Counted from the first letter of the stretch, positions 10,641 through 21,079 are shown. The stretch is 23,721 nucleotides of DNA from a virus (IMGVR_UViG_2663762992_000003:1-23721); one strand, 5' to 3'. Notes: a model not told the origin generated them from the sequence alone. A program made the numbers and translations.

Positions 10641-11940
10641 TCTCCCGCATATTGCCAGTATGGCCTTTAATGAGCCGCTGATGCTTGAACCCGCCTATGC
10701 GCGGGTTTTCTTTTGTGCGCTTGCAGGCCAGCTTGGGATCAGCCGCCTGACGGATGCGGTATCCGGCGACAGCCTGACTGCCGGAGAGGCACCCGCGGCG
10801 CTGGCGTTATCCGTTGATGATGACGGACCACGACAGGCCCGCAGTTATCAGGTCATGAACGGCATCGCCGTGCTGCCGGTGTCCGGCACGCTGGTCAGCC
10901 GGACGCGAGCGCTGCAGCCGTATTCGGGGATGACCGGTTACAACGGCATTATCGCCCGTCTGCAACAGGCTGCCAGCGACCCGATGGTGGACGGCATTCT
11001 GCTCGATATGGATACGCCAGGCGGGATGGTGGCAGGGGCATTTGACTGCGCTGACATCATCGCCCGTGTGCGTGACATAAAACCGGTATGGGCGCTGGCC
11101 AACGACATGAACTGCAGTGCAGGTCAGCTGCTTGCCAGTGCCGCCTCCCGGCGTCTGGTCACGCAGACCGCCCGGACAGGCTCCATCGGCGTCATGATGG
11201 CTCACAGTAATTACGGTGCTGCGCTGGAGAAACAGGGGGTGGAAATCACGCTGATTTACAGCGGCAGCCATAAGGTGGATGGCAACCCCTACAGCCATCT
11301 TCCGGATGACGTCCGGGAGACACTGCAGTCCCGGATGGATGCAACCCGCCGGATGTTTGCGCAGAAGGTGTCGGCATATACCGGCCTGTCCGTGCAGGCT
11401 GTTCTGGATACCGAGGCTGCAGTGTACAGCGGTCAGGAGGCCATTGATGCCGGACTGGCTGATGAACTTGTTAACAGCACCGATGCGATCACCGTCATGC
11501 GTGATGCACTGGATGCACGTAAATCCCGTCTCTCAGGAGGGCGAATGACCAAAGAGACCCAATCAACAACTGTTTCAGCCACTGCTTCGCAGGCTGACGT
11601 TACTGACGTGATGCCAGCGACGGAGGGCGAAAACGCCAGCGCGGCGCAGCCGGACGTGAACGCGCAGATCACCGCTGCGGTTGCGGCAGAAAACAGCCGC
11701 ATTATGGGGATCCTCAACTGTGAGGAGGCTCACGGACGCGAAGAACAGGCCCGCGTGCTGGCTGAAACCCCCGGTATGACCGTGGAAACGGCCCGCCGCA
11801 TTCTGGCCGCAGCACCACAGAGTGCACAGGCGCGCAGTGATACTGCGCTGGATCGTCTGATGCAGGGGGCACCGGCACCGCTGGCTGCAGGTAACCCGGC
11901 ATCTGATGCCGTTAACGATTTGCTGAACACACCAGTGTAA
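10621..11940 (+). CDS. C: Head maturation protease / scaffold C
   Basis: GTG at 10621 gives MTAELRNLPHIASMAFNEPLMLEPAYARVFF, the lambda gpC N-terminus (439 aa). The track ORF 10507-11940 begins at an upstream in-frame Met inside B. Confidence 0.93.
11335..11940 (+). CDS. Nu3: Scaffolding protein Nu3 (nested in-frame in the 3' part of C)
   Basis: In-frame ATG at 11335 (MDATRRMFAQK...) corresponds to the lambda Nu3 start by colinearity. Confidence 0.6.
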   Translation: MDATRRMFAQKVSAYTGLSVQAVLDTEAAVYSGQEAIDAGLADELVNSTDAITVMRDALDARKSRLSGGRMTKETQSTTVSATASQADVTDVMPATEGENASAAQPDVNAQITAAVAAENSRIMGILNCEEAHGREEQARVLAETPGMTVETARRILAAAPQSAQARSDTALDRLMQGAPAPLAAGNPASDAVNDLLNTPV

Positions 11941-11949
11941 GGGATGTTT

Positions 11950-12282
11950 ATGACGAGCAAAGAAACCTTTACCCATTACCAGCCGCTGGGCAACAGTGAC
12001 CCGGCTCATACCGCAACCGCGCCCGGCGGATTGAGTGCGAAAGCGCCTGCAATGACCCCGCTGATGCTGGACACCTCCACCCGTAAGCTGGTTGCGTGGG
12101 ATGGCACCACCGACGGTGCTGCCGTTGGCATTCTTGCAGTTGCTGCTGACCAGACCAGCACCACACTGACGTTCTACAAGTCCGGCACGTTCCGTTATGA
12201 GGATGTGCTCTGGCCGGAGGCTGCCAGCGACGAGACGAAAAAACGGACCGCGTTTGCCGGAACGGCAATCAGCATCGTTTAA
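11950..12282 (+). CDS. D: Head decoration protein D
   Basis: [27 protein letters not shown]... is lambda gpD (110 aa); the track ORF starts two codons upstream at 11944. Confidence 0.95.
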   Translation: MTSKETFTHYQPLGNSDPAHTATAPGGLSAKAPAMTPLMLDTSTRKLVAWDGTTDGAAVGILAVAADQTSTTLTFYKSGTFRYEDVLWPEAASDETKKRTAFAGTAISIV

Positions 12283-12300
12283 CTTTACCCTTCATCACTA

Positions 12301-12325
12301 AAGGCCGCCTGTGCGGCTTTTTTTA
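12301..12325 (+). terminator. Hairpin plus T-tract between D and E (attenuator-like)
   Basis: AAGGCCGC-CTGT-GCGGCTTT followed by TTTTTTT; sits 14 bp before the E start. Confidence 0.4.
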
Positions 12326-12338
12326 CGGGATTTTTTTT

Positions 12339-13364
12339 ATGTCGATGTACACAACCGCCCAGCTGCTGGCGGCAAATGAGCAGAAATTTAAGTTTGATCC
12401 GCTGTTTCTGCGTCTCTTTTTCCGTGAGAGCTATCCCTTCACCACGGAGAAAGTCTATCTCTCACAAATTCCGGGACTGGTAAACATGGCGCTGTACGTT
12501 TCGCCGATTGTTTCCGGTGAGGTTATCCGTTCCCGTGGCGGATCCACCTCTGAATTTACGCCGGGATATGTCAAACCCAAGCATGAGGTGAATCCGCAGA
12601 TGACCCTGCGTCGCCTGCCGGATGAAGATCCGCAGAATCTGGCGGACCCGGCTTACCGCCGCCGTCGCATCATCATGCAGAACATGCGTGACGAAGAGCT
12701 GGCCATTGCTCAGGTCGAAGAGATGCAGGCCGTTTCTGCCGTGCTTAAGGGCAAATACACCATGACCGGTGAAGCCTTCGATCCGGTTGAGGTGGATATG
12801 GGCCGCAGTGCGGCGAATAACATCACGCAGTCCGGCGGCACGGAGTGGAGCAAGCGTGACAAGTCCACGTATGACCCGACCGACGATATCGAAGCCTACG
12901 CGCTGAACGCCAGCGGTGTGGTGAATATCATCGTGTTTGATCCGAAAGGCTGGGCGCTGTTCCGTTCCTTCAAAGCCGTCAAGGAGAAGCTGGATACCCG
13001 TCGTGGCTCTAATTCCGAGCTGGAGACAGCGGTGAAAGACCTGGGTAAAGCGGTGTCCTATAAGGGGATGTATGGCGATGTTGCCATCGTCGTGTATTCC
13101 GGACAGTACGTGGAAAACGGCGTCAAAAAGAACTTCCTGCCGGACAACACGATGGTGCTGGGGAACACTCAGGCACGCGGTCTGCGTACCTATGGCTGTA
13201 TTCAGGATGCGGACGCACAGCGCGAAGGCATTAACGCCTCTGCCCGTTACCCGAAAAACTGGGTGACCACCGGCGATCCGGCGCGTGAGTTCACCATGAT
13301 TCAGTCAGCACCGCTGATGCTGCTGGCTGACCCTGATGAGTTCGTGTCCGTACAACTGGCGTAA
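12339..13364 (+). CDS. E: Major capsid protein E
   Basis: 341 aa; matches lambda gpE. Confidence 0.97.
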   Translation: MSMYTTAQLLAANEQKFKFDPLFLRLFFRESYPFTTEKVYLSQIPGLVNMALYVSPIVSGEVIRSRGGSTSEFTPGYVKPKHEVNPQMTLRRLPDEDPQNLADPAYRRRRIIMQNMRDEELAIAQVEEMQAVSAVLKGKYTMTGEAFDPVEVDMGRSAANNITQSGGTEWSKRDKSTYDPTDDIEAYALNASGVVNIIVFDPKGWALFRSFKAVKEKLDTRRGSNSELETAVKDLGKAVSYKGMYGDVAIVVYSGQYVENGVKKNFLPDNTMVLGNTQARGLRTYGCIQDADAQREGINASARYPKNWVTTGDPAREFTMIQSAPLMLLADPDEFVSVQLA

Positions 13365-13405
13365 TCGTGGCCCTTCGGGGCCATTTTCTCTCTGTGGAGG
13401 AGTCC

Positions 13406-13804
13406 ATGACGAAAGATGAACTGATTGCCCGTCTCCGCTCGCTGGGTGAACAACTGAACCGTGATGTCAGTCTGACGGGGACGAAAGAAGAACTGGCGCT
13501 CCGTGTGGCAGAGCTGGAAGAGGAGCTTGATGACACGGGCGACACTGCCGGTCAGGATACCCCTCTCAGCCCGGAAAATGTGCTGACCGGGCATGAACAT
13601 GAGGTGGTATCAGCGCAGCCGGATACCGTGATTCAGGATACGGCTGAACTGGTCACGGTCGTGGCACTGGTGACGCTGCATACTGATGCACTTCACGCCA
13701 CGCGGGATGAACCTGTGGCATTTGTGCTGCCGGGAACGGCGTTCCGTGTCTCTGCCGGTGTGGCAGCTGAAATGACAGAGCGCGGCCTGGCCAGAATGCA
13801 ATAA
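13406..13804 (+). CDS. FI: DNA-packaging protein FI
   Basis: ATG at 13406 with GGAGG at 13396-13400; MTKDELIARLRSLGEQLNRD is lambda gpFI (132 aa). The track ORF starts at an upstream Met (13367). Confidence 0.92.
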   Translation: MTKDELIARLRSLGEQLNRDVSLTGTKEELALRVAELEEELDDTGDTAGQDTPLSPENVLTGHEHEVVSAQPDTVIQDTAELVTVVALVTLHTDALHATRDEPVAFVLPGTAFRVSAGVAAEMTERGLARMQ

Positions 13805-13815
13805 CGGGAGGCGCT

Positions 13816-14169
13816 GTGGCTGATTTCGATAACCTGTTCGATGCTGCCATTGCCCGCACCGATGAAACGATACGCGGGTACATGGGAACGTCAGCCACCA
13901 TGACATCCGGTGAGCAGTCCGGCGCAGTAATACGTGGTGTTTTTGATGACCCTGAAAATATCAGCTATGCCGGACAGGGCGTGCGCGTTGAAGGCTCCAG
14001 CCCGTCCCTGTTTGTCCGGACTGATGATGTGCGGCAACTGCGGCGTGGAGACACGCTGACCATCGGTGAGGAAAACTTCTGGATAGATCGTGTTTCGCCG
14101 GATGATGGCGGAAGCTGTCATCTCTGGCTTGGACGGGGCGTACCGCCTGCCGTTAACCGTCGCCGCTGA
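13816..14169 (+). CDS. FII: Head completion protein FII
   Basis: 117 aa; matches lambda gpFII. Confidence 0.95.
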   Translation: MADFDNLFDAAIARTDETIRGYMGTSATMTSGEQSGAVIRGVFDDPENISYAGQGVRVEGSSPSLFVRTDDVRQLRRGDTLTIGEENFWIDRVSPDDGGSCHLWLGRGVPPAVNRRR

Positions 14170-14180
14170 AAGGGGGATGT

Positions 14181-14759
14181 ATGGCCATAAAAGGTCTTGA
14201 GCAGGCCGTTGAAAACCTCAGCCGTATCAGCAAAACGGCGGTGCCTGGTGCCGCCGCAATGGCCATTAACCGCGTTGCTTCATCCGCGATATCGCAGTCG
14301 GCGTCACAGGTTGCCCGTGAGACAAAGGTACGCCGGAAACTGGTAAAGGAAAGGGCCAGGCTGAAAAGGGCCACGGTTAAAAATCCGCAGGCCAGAATCA
14401 AGGTTAACCGGGGGGATTTGCCCGTAATAAAGCTGGGTAACGCGCGGATTGTCCTGTCCCGACGCAGGCGTCGTAAAAAGGGGCAGCGTTCAGCCCTGAA
14501 AGGTGGCGGCAGCGTGCTTGTGGTGGGAAACCGTCGTATTCCCGGCGCGTTTATTCAGCAACTGAAAAATGGCCGCTGGCATGTTATGCAGCGTGTGGCC
14601 GGGAAAAACCGTTACCCCATTGATGTGGTGAAAATCCCGATGGCGGTGCCACTGACCACGGCGTTTAAACAGAATATTGAACGGATACGGCGTGAGCGTC
14701 TTCCGAAAGAGCTGGGCTATGCGCTGCAGCATCAACTGAGAATGGTAATAAAGCGATGA
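14181..14759 (+). CDS. Z: Tail completion protein Z
   Basis: 192 aa; matches lambda gpZ. Confidence 0.95.
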   Translation: MAIKGLEQAVENLSRISKTAVPGAAAMAINRVASSAISQSASQVARETKVRRKLVKERARLKRATVKNPQARIKVNRGDLPVIKLGNARIVLSRRRRRKKGQRSALKGGGSVLVVGNRRIPGAFIQQLKNGRWHVMQRVAGKNRYPIDVVKIPMAVPLTTAFKQNIERIRRERLPKELGYALQHQLRMVIKR

Positions 14760-15151
14760 AACATACTGAACTCCGTGCAGCCGTACTGGATGCACTGGAG
14801 AAGCATGACACCGGGGCGACGCTTTTTGATGGTCGCCCCGCTGTTTTTGATGAGGCGGATTTTCCGGCAATTGCCGTTTATCTCACCGGCGCTGAATACA
14901 CGGGCGAAGAGCTGGACAGCGATACCTGGCAGGCGGAGCTGCATATTGAAGTTTTCCTGCCTGCTCAGGTGCCGGATTCAGAGCTGGATTCGTGGATGGA
15001 GTCCCGGATTTATCCGGTGATGAGCGATATTCCGGCACTGTCAGATTTGATCACCAGTATGGTGGCCAGTGGCTATGACTACCGACGCGACGATGATGCG
15101 GGCCTGTGGAGTTCAGCCGATCTGACGTATGTCATTACCTATGAAATGTGA
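14756..15151 (+). CDS. U: Tail terminator protein U
   Basis: 131 aa; matches lambda gpU. Confidence 0.95.
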   Translation: MKHTELRAAVLDALEKHDTGATLFDGRPAVFDEADFPAIAVYLTGAEYTGEELDSDTWQAELHIEVFLPAQVPDSELDSWMESRIYPVMSDIPALSDLITSMVASGYDYRRDDDAGLWSSADLTYVITYEM

Positions 15152-15158
15152 GGACGCT

Positions 15159-15899
15159 ATGCCTGTACCAAATCCTACAATGCCGGTGAAAGGGGCCGGG
15201 ACCACACTGTGGGTTTATAAGGGGAACGGTGACCCTTATGCGAACCCGCTTTCAGACGTTGACTGGTCGCGTCTGGCAAAAGTTAAAGACCTGACGCCCG
15301 GCGAACTGACCGCTGATTCCTATGACGACAGTTATCTCGATGATGAGGATGCGGACTGGACTGCGACCGGGCAGGGGCAGAAATCAGCCGGAGATACCAG
15401 CTTCACGCTGGCGTGGATGCCCGGAGAGCAGGGGCAGCAGGCGCTGCTGGCGTGGTTTAATGAAGGTGATACCCGTGCCTATAAAATCCGCTTCCCGAAC
15501 GGCACGGTCGATGTGTTCCGTGGCTGGGTCAGCAGTATCGGTAAAGCGGTGACGGCGAAGGAAGTGATCACCCGCACGGTGAAGGTCACCAATGTGGGAC
15601 GCCCGTCGATGGCAGAAGATCGCAGCACGGTAACAGCGGCCACCGGCATGACGGTAACGCCAGCCAGTGCTTCCGTAGTGAAAGGGCAGAGCACGACGCT
15701 GACCGTGGCATTCCAGCCGGAAGGCGCAACCGACAAGAGCTTCCGTGCGGTGTCAGCGGATAAAACAAAAGCCACCGTGTCGGTCAGTGGTATGATCATC
15801 ACCGTGAACGGCGTTGCTGCAGGCAAGGTCAACATTCCGGTTGTATCCGGTAATGGTGAGTTTGCTGCGGTTGCAGAAATCACCGTCACCGCCAGTTAA
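15159..15899 (+). CDS. V: Major tail tube protein V
   Basis: ATG at 15159 gives [22 protein letters not shown], the lambda gpV start (246 aa), with a C-terminal Ig-like domain. The track ORF begins at an upstream Met (15129). Confidence 0.95.
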   Translation: MPVPNPTMPVKGAGTTLWVYKGNGDPYANPLSDVDWSRLAKVKDLTPGELTADSYDDSYLDDEDADWTATGQGQKSAGDTSFTLAWMPGEQGQQALLAWFNEGDTRAYKIRFPNGTVDVFRGWVSSIGKAVTAKEVITRTVKVTNVGRPSMAEDRSTVTAATGMTVTPASASVVKGQSTTLTVAFQPEGATDKSFRAVSADKTKATVSVSGMIITVNGVAAGKVNIPVVSGNGEFAAVAEITVTAS

Positions 15900-15914
15900 T
15901 CCGGAGAGTCAGCG

Positions 15915-16337
15915 ATGTTCCTGAAAACAGAATCATTTGAACATAACGGCGTGACCGTCACGCTTTCTGAACTGTCAGCCCTGCAGCGTATTGAGCATCT
16001 CGCCCTGATGAAACGGCAGGCAGAACAGGCGGAGTCAGACAGCAACCGGAAGTTTACTGTGGAAGACGCCATCAGAACCGGTGCTTTTGTGGTGGCGATG
16101 TCCCTGTGGCATAACCATCCACAGAAGACAAAGCAGCCGTCCATGAATGAAGCCGTTACGCAGATTGAGCAGGAAGTGCTTACCACCTGGCCCACAGAGG
16201 CAATTTCTCATGCTGAAAACGTGGTGTACCGGCTGTCCGGTATGTATGAGTTTGTGGTGAATGATGCTCCTGAACAGGCAGATGACGCCGGGCCTGCAGA
16301 GCCTGTTTCTGCGGGAAAGTGTTCGACGGTGAGCTGA
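15915..16337 (+). CDS. G: Tail assembly chaperone G
   Basis: 140 aa; matches lambda gpG. Confidence 0.95.
   Translation: MFLKTESFEHNGVTVTLSELSALQRIEHLALMKRQAEQAESDSNRKFTVEDAIRTGAFVVAMSLWHNHPQKTKQPSMNEAVTQIEQEVLTTWPTEAISHAENVVYRLSGMYEFVVNDAPEQADDAGPAEPVSAGKCSTVS
16313..16319 (+). other. Programmed -1 ribosomal frameshift slippery site GGGAAAG (G to G-T fusion)
   Basis: Heptamer GGGAAAG at the 3' end of G, just before the G stop, with the T frame continuing to 16753; this is the known lambda G-T mechanism. Confidence 0.85.
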
Positions 16338-16753
16338 GTTTTGCCCTGAAACTGGCGCGAGAGATGGGGCGACCCGACTGGCGCGCCATGCTTGCCGGGA
16401 TGTCATCCACGGAGTACGCCGACTGGCACCGCTTTTACAGTACCCATTATTTTCATGATGTTCTGCTGGATATGCACTTTTCCGGGCTGACGTACACCGT
16501 ACTCAGCCTGTTTTTCAGCGATCCGGATATGCATCCGCTGGATTTCAGTCTGCTGAACCGGCGTGAGGCTGACGAAGAGCCTGAAGATGATGTGCTGATG
16601 CAGAAAGCGGCAGGGCTTGCCGGAGGCGTCCGCTTTGGTCCGGACGGGAATGAAGTTATCCGCGCTTCCCCGGATGTGGCTGAAATGACGGAGGATGACG
16701 TAATGCTGATGACAGTATCAGAAGGGATCGCAGGAGGAGTCCGGTATGGCTGA
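16319..16753 (+). CDS. T: Tail assembly protein T segment (made only as the G-T frameshift fusion, 15915-16753)
   Basis: 144-aa ORF in the -1 frame relative to G; matches lambda gpT. Confidence 0.9.
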   Translation: MFDGELSFALKLAREMGRPDWRAMLAGMSSTEYADWHRFYSTHYFHDVLLDMHFSGLTYTVLSLFFSDPDMHPLDFSLLNRREADEEPEDDVLMQKAAGLAGGVRFGPDGNEVIRASPDVAEMTEDDVMLMTVSEGIAGGVRYG

Positions 16754-19307
16754 ACCGGTAGGCGATCTGGTCGTTGATTTAAGTCTGGATGCGGCCAGGT
16801 TTGACGAGCAGATGGCCAGAGTCAGGCGTCATTTTTCCGGTACGGAAAGTGATGCGAAAAAAACAGCGGCAGTCGTTGAACAGTCGCTGAGCCGACAGGC
16901 GCTGGCTGCACAGAAAGCGGGGATTTCCGTCGGGCAGTATAAAGCCGCCATGCGTATGCTGCCTGCACAGTTCACCGACGTGGCCACGCAGCTTGCAGGC
17001 GGGCAAAGTCCGTGGCTGATCCTGCTGCAACAGGGTGGTCAGGTGAAGGACTCCTTCGGCGGGATGATCCCCATGTTCAGGGGGCTTGCCGGTGCGATCA
17101 CCCTGCCGATGGTCGGGGCCACCTCGCTGGCGGTGGCGACCGGTGCGCTGGCGTATGCCTGGTATCAGGGCAACTCAACCCTGTCCGATTTCAACAAAAC
17201 GCTGGTCCTTTCCGGTAATCAGGCAGGACTGACGGCAGATCGTATGCTGGTCCTGTCCAGAGCCGGGCAGGCGGCAGGGCTGACGTTTAACCAGACCAGC
17301 GAGTCACTCAGCGCACTGGTTAAGGCGGGAGTAAGCGGTGAGGCTCAGATTGCATCCATCAGCCAGAGTGTGGCGCGTTTCTCCTCTGCATCCGGCGTGG
17401 AGGTGGACAAGGTCGCTGAAGCCTTCGGGAAGCTGACCACAGACCCGACGTCGGGGCTGACGGCGATGGCACGCCAGTTCCATAACGTGACGGCGGAGCA
17501 GATTGCGTATGTCGCTCAGTTGCAGCGTTCCGGCGATGAGGCAGGGGCATTGCAGGCGGCGAACGAGGCCGCAACGAAAGGGTTTGATGACCAGACCCGC
17601 CGCCTGAAAGAGAACATGGGCACGCTGGAGACCTGGGCAGACAGGACAGCACGGGAATTCAAATCCATGTGGGATGCGGTGCTGGATATTGGTCGTCCTG
17701 ATACCGCTCAGGAGATGCTGATTAAGGCAGAGGCTGCGTTTAAGAAAGCAGACGACATCTGGAATCTGCGCAAGGATGATTATTTTGTTAACGATGAAGC
17801 GCGGGCGCGTTACTGGGATGATCGTGAAAAGGCCCGTCTTGCGCTTGAAGCCGCCCGAAAGAAGGCTGAGCAGCAGACTCAACAGGACAAAAATGCGCAG
17901 CAGCAGAGCGATACCGAAGCGTCACGGCTTAAATATACCGAAGAGGCGCAGAAGGCTTACGAACGCCTGCAGACGCCGCTGGAGAAATATACCGCCCGTC
18001 AGGAAGAACTGAATAAGGCACTGAAAGACGGGAAAATCCTGCAGGCAGATTACAACACGCTGATGGCGGCAGCGAAAAAGGATTATGAATCGACGCTGAA
18101 AAAGCCGAAGCAGTCCGGCGTGAAGGTGTCTGCGGGCGATCGTCAGGAAGACAGTGCTCATGCTGCCCTGCTGACGCTTCAGGCAGAACTCCGGACGCTG
18201 GAGAAGCATGCCGTAGCGAATGAGAAAATCAGCCAGCAGCGCCGGGATTTGTGGAAGGCGGAGAATCAGTTCGCGGTACTGGAGGAGGCGGCGCAACGTC
18301 GCCAGCTGTCTGCACAGGAGAAATCCCTGCTGGCGCATAAAGACGAGACGCTGGAGTACAAGCGCCAGCTGGCTGCACTTGGCGATAAGGTCACGTATCA
18401 GGAGCACCTGAATGCGCTGGCGCAGCAGGCGGATAAATTCGCACAGCAGCAACGGGCAAAACGGGCCGCCATTGATGCAAAAAACCGGGGGCTGACTGAC
18501 CGGCAGGCAGCGCGGGAAGCCACGGAACAGCGCCTGAAGGAACAGTATGGCGATAATCCGCTGGCGCTGAATAACGTCATGTCAGAGCAGAAAAAGACCT
18601 GGGCGGCTGAAGACCAGCTTCGCGGGAGCTGGATGGCAGGCCTGAAGTCCGGCTGGAGTGAGTGGGAAGAGAGCGCCACGGACAGTATGTCGCAGGTAAA
18701 AAGTGCTGCCACGCAGACCTTTGATGGTATTGCACAGAATATGGCGGCGATGCTGACCGGCAGTGAACAGAACTGGCGCAGCTTCACCCGTTCCGTGCTG
18801 TCCATGATGACAGAAATTCTGCTTAAGCAGGCAATGGTGGGGATTGTCGGGAGTATCGGCAGCGCTATTGGCGGGGCTGTTGGTGGCGGCGCATCCGCGT
18901 CAGGCGGTACAGCCATTCAGGCCGCTGCGGCGAAACTCCATTTTGCAACCGGAGGATTTACGGGAACCGGCGGCAAATATGAGCCAGCGGGGATTGTTCA
19001 CCGTGGTGAATTTGTCTTCACGAAGGAGGCAACCAGCCGGATTGGCGTGGGAAATCTCTACCGGCTGATGCGCGGCTATGCCACCGGCGGTTATGTCGGT
19101 GGCACCGGAAGTCCGGCGCAAATGCGGCGTTCAGAGGGTATCAGGTTTGAGCAGAACAACAACGTGGTGATTCAGAACGACGGTACGAATGGTCTGCCAG
19201 GTCCACAGATGATGAAGGCGGTGTATGACATGGCCCGCAAGGGTGCCCGTGATGAAATCCAGGCACAGATGCGCGATGGTGGTCTGTTCTCCGGAGGTGG
19301 ACGATGA
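16746..19307 (+). CDS. H: Tail tape measure protein H
   Basis: 853 aa; matches lambda gpH in sequence and length. Confidence 0.97.
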   Translation: MAEPVGDLVVDLSLDAARFDEQMARVRRHFSGTESDAKKTAAVVEQSLSRQALAAQKAGISVGQYKAAMRMLPAQFTDVATQLAGGQSPWLILLQQGGQVKDSFGGMIPMFRGLAGAITLPMVGATSLAVATGALAYAWYQGNSTLSDFNKTLVLSGNQAGLTADRMLVLSRAGQAAGLTFNQTSESLSALVKAGVSGEAQIASISQSVARFSSASGVEVDKVAEAFGKLTTDPTSGLTAMARQFHNVTAEQIAYVAQLQRSGDEAGALQAANEAATKGFDDQTRRLKENMGTLETWADRTAREFKSMWDAVLDIGRPDTAQEMLIKAEAAFKKADDIWNLRKDDYFVNDEARARYWDDREKARLALEAARKKAEQQTQQDKNAQQQSDTEASRLKYTEEAQKAYERLQTPLEKYTARQEELNKALKDGKILQADYNTLMAAAKKDYESTLKKPKQSGVKVSAGDRQEDSAHAALLTLQAELRTLEKHAVANEKISQQRRDLWKAENQFAVLEEAAQRRQLSAQEKSLLAHKDETLEYKRQLAALGDKVTYQEHLNALAQQADKFAQQQRAKRAAIDAKNRGLTDRQAAREATEQRLKEQYGDNPLALNNVMSEQKKTWAAEDQLRGSWMAGLKSGWSEWEESATDSMSQVKSAATQTFDGIAQNMAAMLTGSEQNWRSFTRSVLSMMTEILLKQAMVGIVGSIGSAIGGAVGGGASASGGTAIQAAAAKLHFATGGFTGTGGKYEPAGIVHRGEFVFTKEATSRIGVGNLYRLMRGYATGGYVGGTGSPAQMRRSEGIRFEQNNNVVIQNDGTNGLPGPQMMKAVYDMARKGARDEIQAQMRDGGLFSGGGR

Positions 19308-19633
19308 AAACCTTCCGCTGGAAAGTGAAACCCGGGATGGATGTGACATCGGCTCCTTCCGTCAGGGAGGTGCGCTTTGGTGATGGCTATTCCCAGCGTG
19401 CGCCTGCCGGGCTGAACGCTGACCTGAAAACGTACAGCGTGACGCTGTCTGTCTCCCGTGAGGAGGCCACGGCGCTGGAGTCGTTTCTGGCTGAGCACGG
19501 GGGCTGGAAGGCCTTTCTGTGGACGCCGCCTTATGGTTACAGGCAGATAAAGGTGACCTGCGCAAAATGGTCGTCGCAGGTCAGTATGTTGCGTGTTGAG
19601 TTCAGCGCAGAGTTTAAACAGGTGGTGAACTGA
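19304..19633 (+). CDS. M: Tail tip protein M
   Basis: 109 aa; matches lambda gpM. Confidence 0.95.
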   Translation: MKTFRWKVKPGMDVTSAPSVREVRFGDGYSQRAPAGLNADLKTYSVTLSVSREEATALESFLAEHGGWKAFLWTPPYGYRQIKVTCAKWSSQVSMLRVEFSAEFKQVVN

Positions 19634-20331
19634 TGCAGGATATCCGGCAGGAAACACTGAATGAATGCACCCGTGCGGAGCAGTCGGCCAGCGTGGTGCT
19701 CTGGGAAATCGATCTGACAGAGGTCGGTGGAGAGCGTTATTTTTTCTGTAATGAGCAGAACGAAAAAGGTGAGCCGGTCACCTGGCAGGGGCGACAGTAT
19801 CAGGCGTATCCCATTCAGGGGAGCGGTTTTGAACTGAATGGCAAAGGCACCAGTACGCGCCCCACGCTGACGGTTTCTAACCTGTACGGTATGGTCACCG
19901 GGATGGTGGAAGATCTGCAGAGTCTGGTCGGCGGAACGGTGGTCAGGCGTAAGGTTTACGCCCGTTTTCTGGATGCGGTGAATTTCGTCAACGGAAACAG
20001 TGATGCCGATCCGGAGCAGGAGGTGATCAGCCGCTGGCGCGTCGAGCAGTGCAGCGAACTGAGCGCGGTCAGTGCCTCCTTTGTGTTGTCCACGCCGACG
20101 GAAACGGATGGTGCTGTTTTTCCGGGGCGCATCATGCTGGCCAACACCTGCACCTGGACCTATCGCGGTGATGAGTGCGGTTATAGCGGTCCGGCGGTCG
20201 CGGATGAATATGACCAGCCGACGTCCGATATCACGAAGGATAAATGCAGCAAATGCCTGAGTGGCTGTAAGTTCCGCAATAACGTCGGCAACTTTGGCGG
20301 CTTCCTTTCCATTAACAAACTTTCGCAGTAA
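19633..20331 (+). CDS. L: Tail tip protein L
   Basis: 232 aa; matches lambda gpL. Confidence 0.95.
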   Translation: MQDIRQETLNECTRAEQSASVVLWEIDLTEVGGERYFFCNEQNEKGEPVTWQGRQYQAYPIQGSGFELNGKGTSTRPTLTVSNLYGMVTGMVEDLQSLVGGTVVRRKVYARFLDAVNFVNGNSDADPEQEVISRWRVEQCSELSAVSASFVLSTPTETDGAVFPGRIMLANTCTWTYRGDECGYSGPAVADEYDQPTSDITKDKCSKCLSGCKFRNNVGNFGGFLSINKLSQ

Positions 20332-20335
20332 TCCC

Positions 20336-21079
20336 ATGACAGAGACAGAATCAGCGATTCTGGCGCACGCCCGGCGATGTGCGCCAGCGGAGTCGTGCGG
20401 CTTCGTGGTGAGAACGCCGGAGGGGGAAAGATATTTTCCCTGCGTGAATATCTCCGGTGAGCCGGAGGATTATTTCCGGATGTCGCCGGAGGACTGGCTG
20501 CAGGCAGAAATGCAGGGTGAGATTGTGGCGCTGGTCCACAGTCATCCCGGTGGTCTGCCCTGGCTGAGTGAGGCCGACCGGCGGCTGCAGGTGCAGAGTG
20601 ATTTGCCGTGGTGGCTGGTCTGCCGGGGGGCGATTCATAAGTTCCGCTGTGTGCCGCATCTCACCGGGCGGCGCTTTGAGCACGGGGTGACGGACTGTTA
20701 CACGCTGTTCCGGGACGCTTACCATCTGGCGGGGATTGAGATGCCGGACTTTCATCGTGAGGATGACTGGTGGCGTAACGGCCAGAATCTCTATCTGGAT
20801 AATCTGGAGGCCACAGGGCTGTATCAGGTGCCGTTGTCAGCGGCGCAGCCGGGCGATGTGCTGCTGTGCTGTTTTGGTTCATCGGTGCCGAATCATGCCG
20901 CCATTTACTGTGGTGACGGCGAGCTGCTGCACCATATTCCTGAACAACTGAGCAAACGAGAGAGGTACACCGACAAATGGCAGCGACGCACACACTCCCT
21001 CTGGCGTCACCGGGCATGGCGCGCATCTGCCTTTACGGGGATTTACAACGATTTGGTCGCCGCATCGACCTTCGTGTGA
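20336..21079 (+). CDS. K: Tail tip assembly protein K (JAMM/MPN plus NlpC/P60-like); shorter form starts at 20480
   Basis: C-terminal 199 aa match lambda gpK. The in-frame ATG at 20336 adds 48 residues that include a Glu (ESCGFVV) upstream of the HSHPGGLPWLSEAD JAMM motif. The track ORF start (20261) lies inside L. Confidence 0.85.
   Translation: MTETESAILAHARRCAPAESCGFVVRTPEGERYFPCVNISGEPEDYFRMSPEDWLQAEMQGEIVALVHSHPGGLPWLSEADRRLQVQSDLPWWLVCRGAIHKFRCVPHLTGRRFEHGVTDCYTLFRDAYHLAGIEMPDFHREDDWWRNGQNLYLDNLEATGLYQVPLSAAQPGDVLLCCFGSSVPNHAAIYCGDGELLHHIPEQLSKRERYTDKWQRRTHSLWRHRAWRASAFTGIYNDLVAASTFV

Noticed and set aside
10807-11298. 163-aa minus-strand ORF inside C
   Set aside because: Antisense to the C/Nu3 coding region; GC-rich artefact.
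17304-18916. Three long minus-strand ORFs (192, 176 and 172 aa) inside the tape measure gene H
   Set aside because: They are antisense to a confidently identified lambda gene, Arg/Cys/Pro-rich with low complexity, and typical of stop-codon-poor frames in GC-rich coding sequence.
19537-20337. 266-aa minus-strand ORF opposite tail gene L
   Set aside because: Antisense to a conserved lambda gene; composition is typical of a spurious frame and no ribosome-binding site or start context is apparent.
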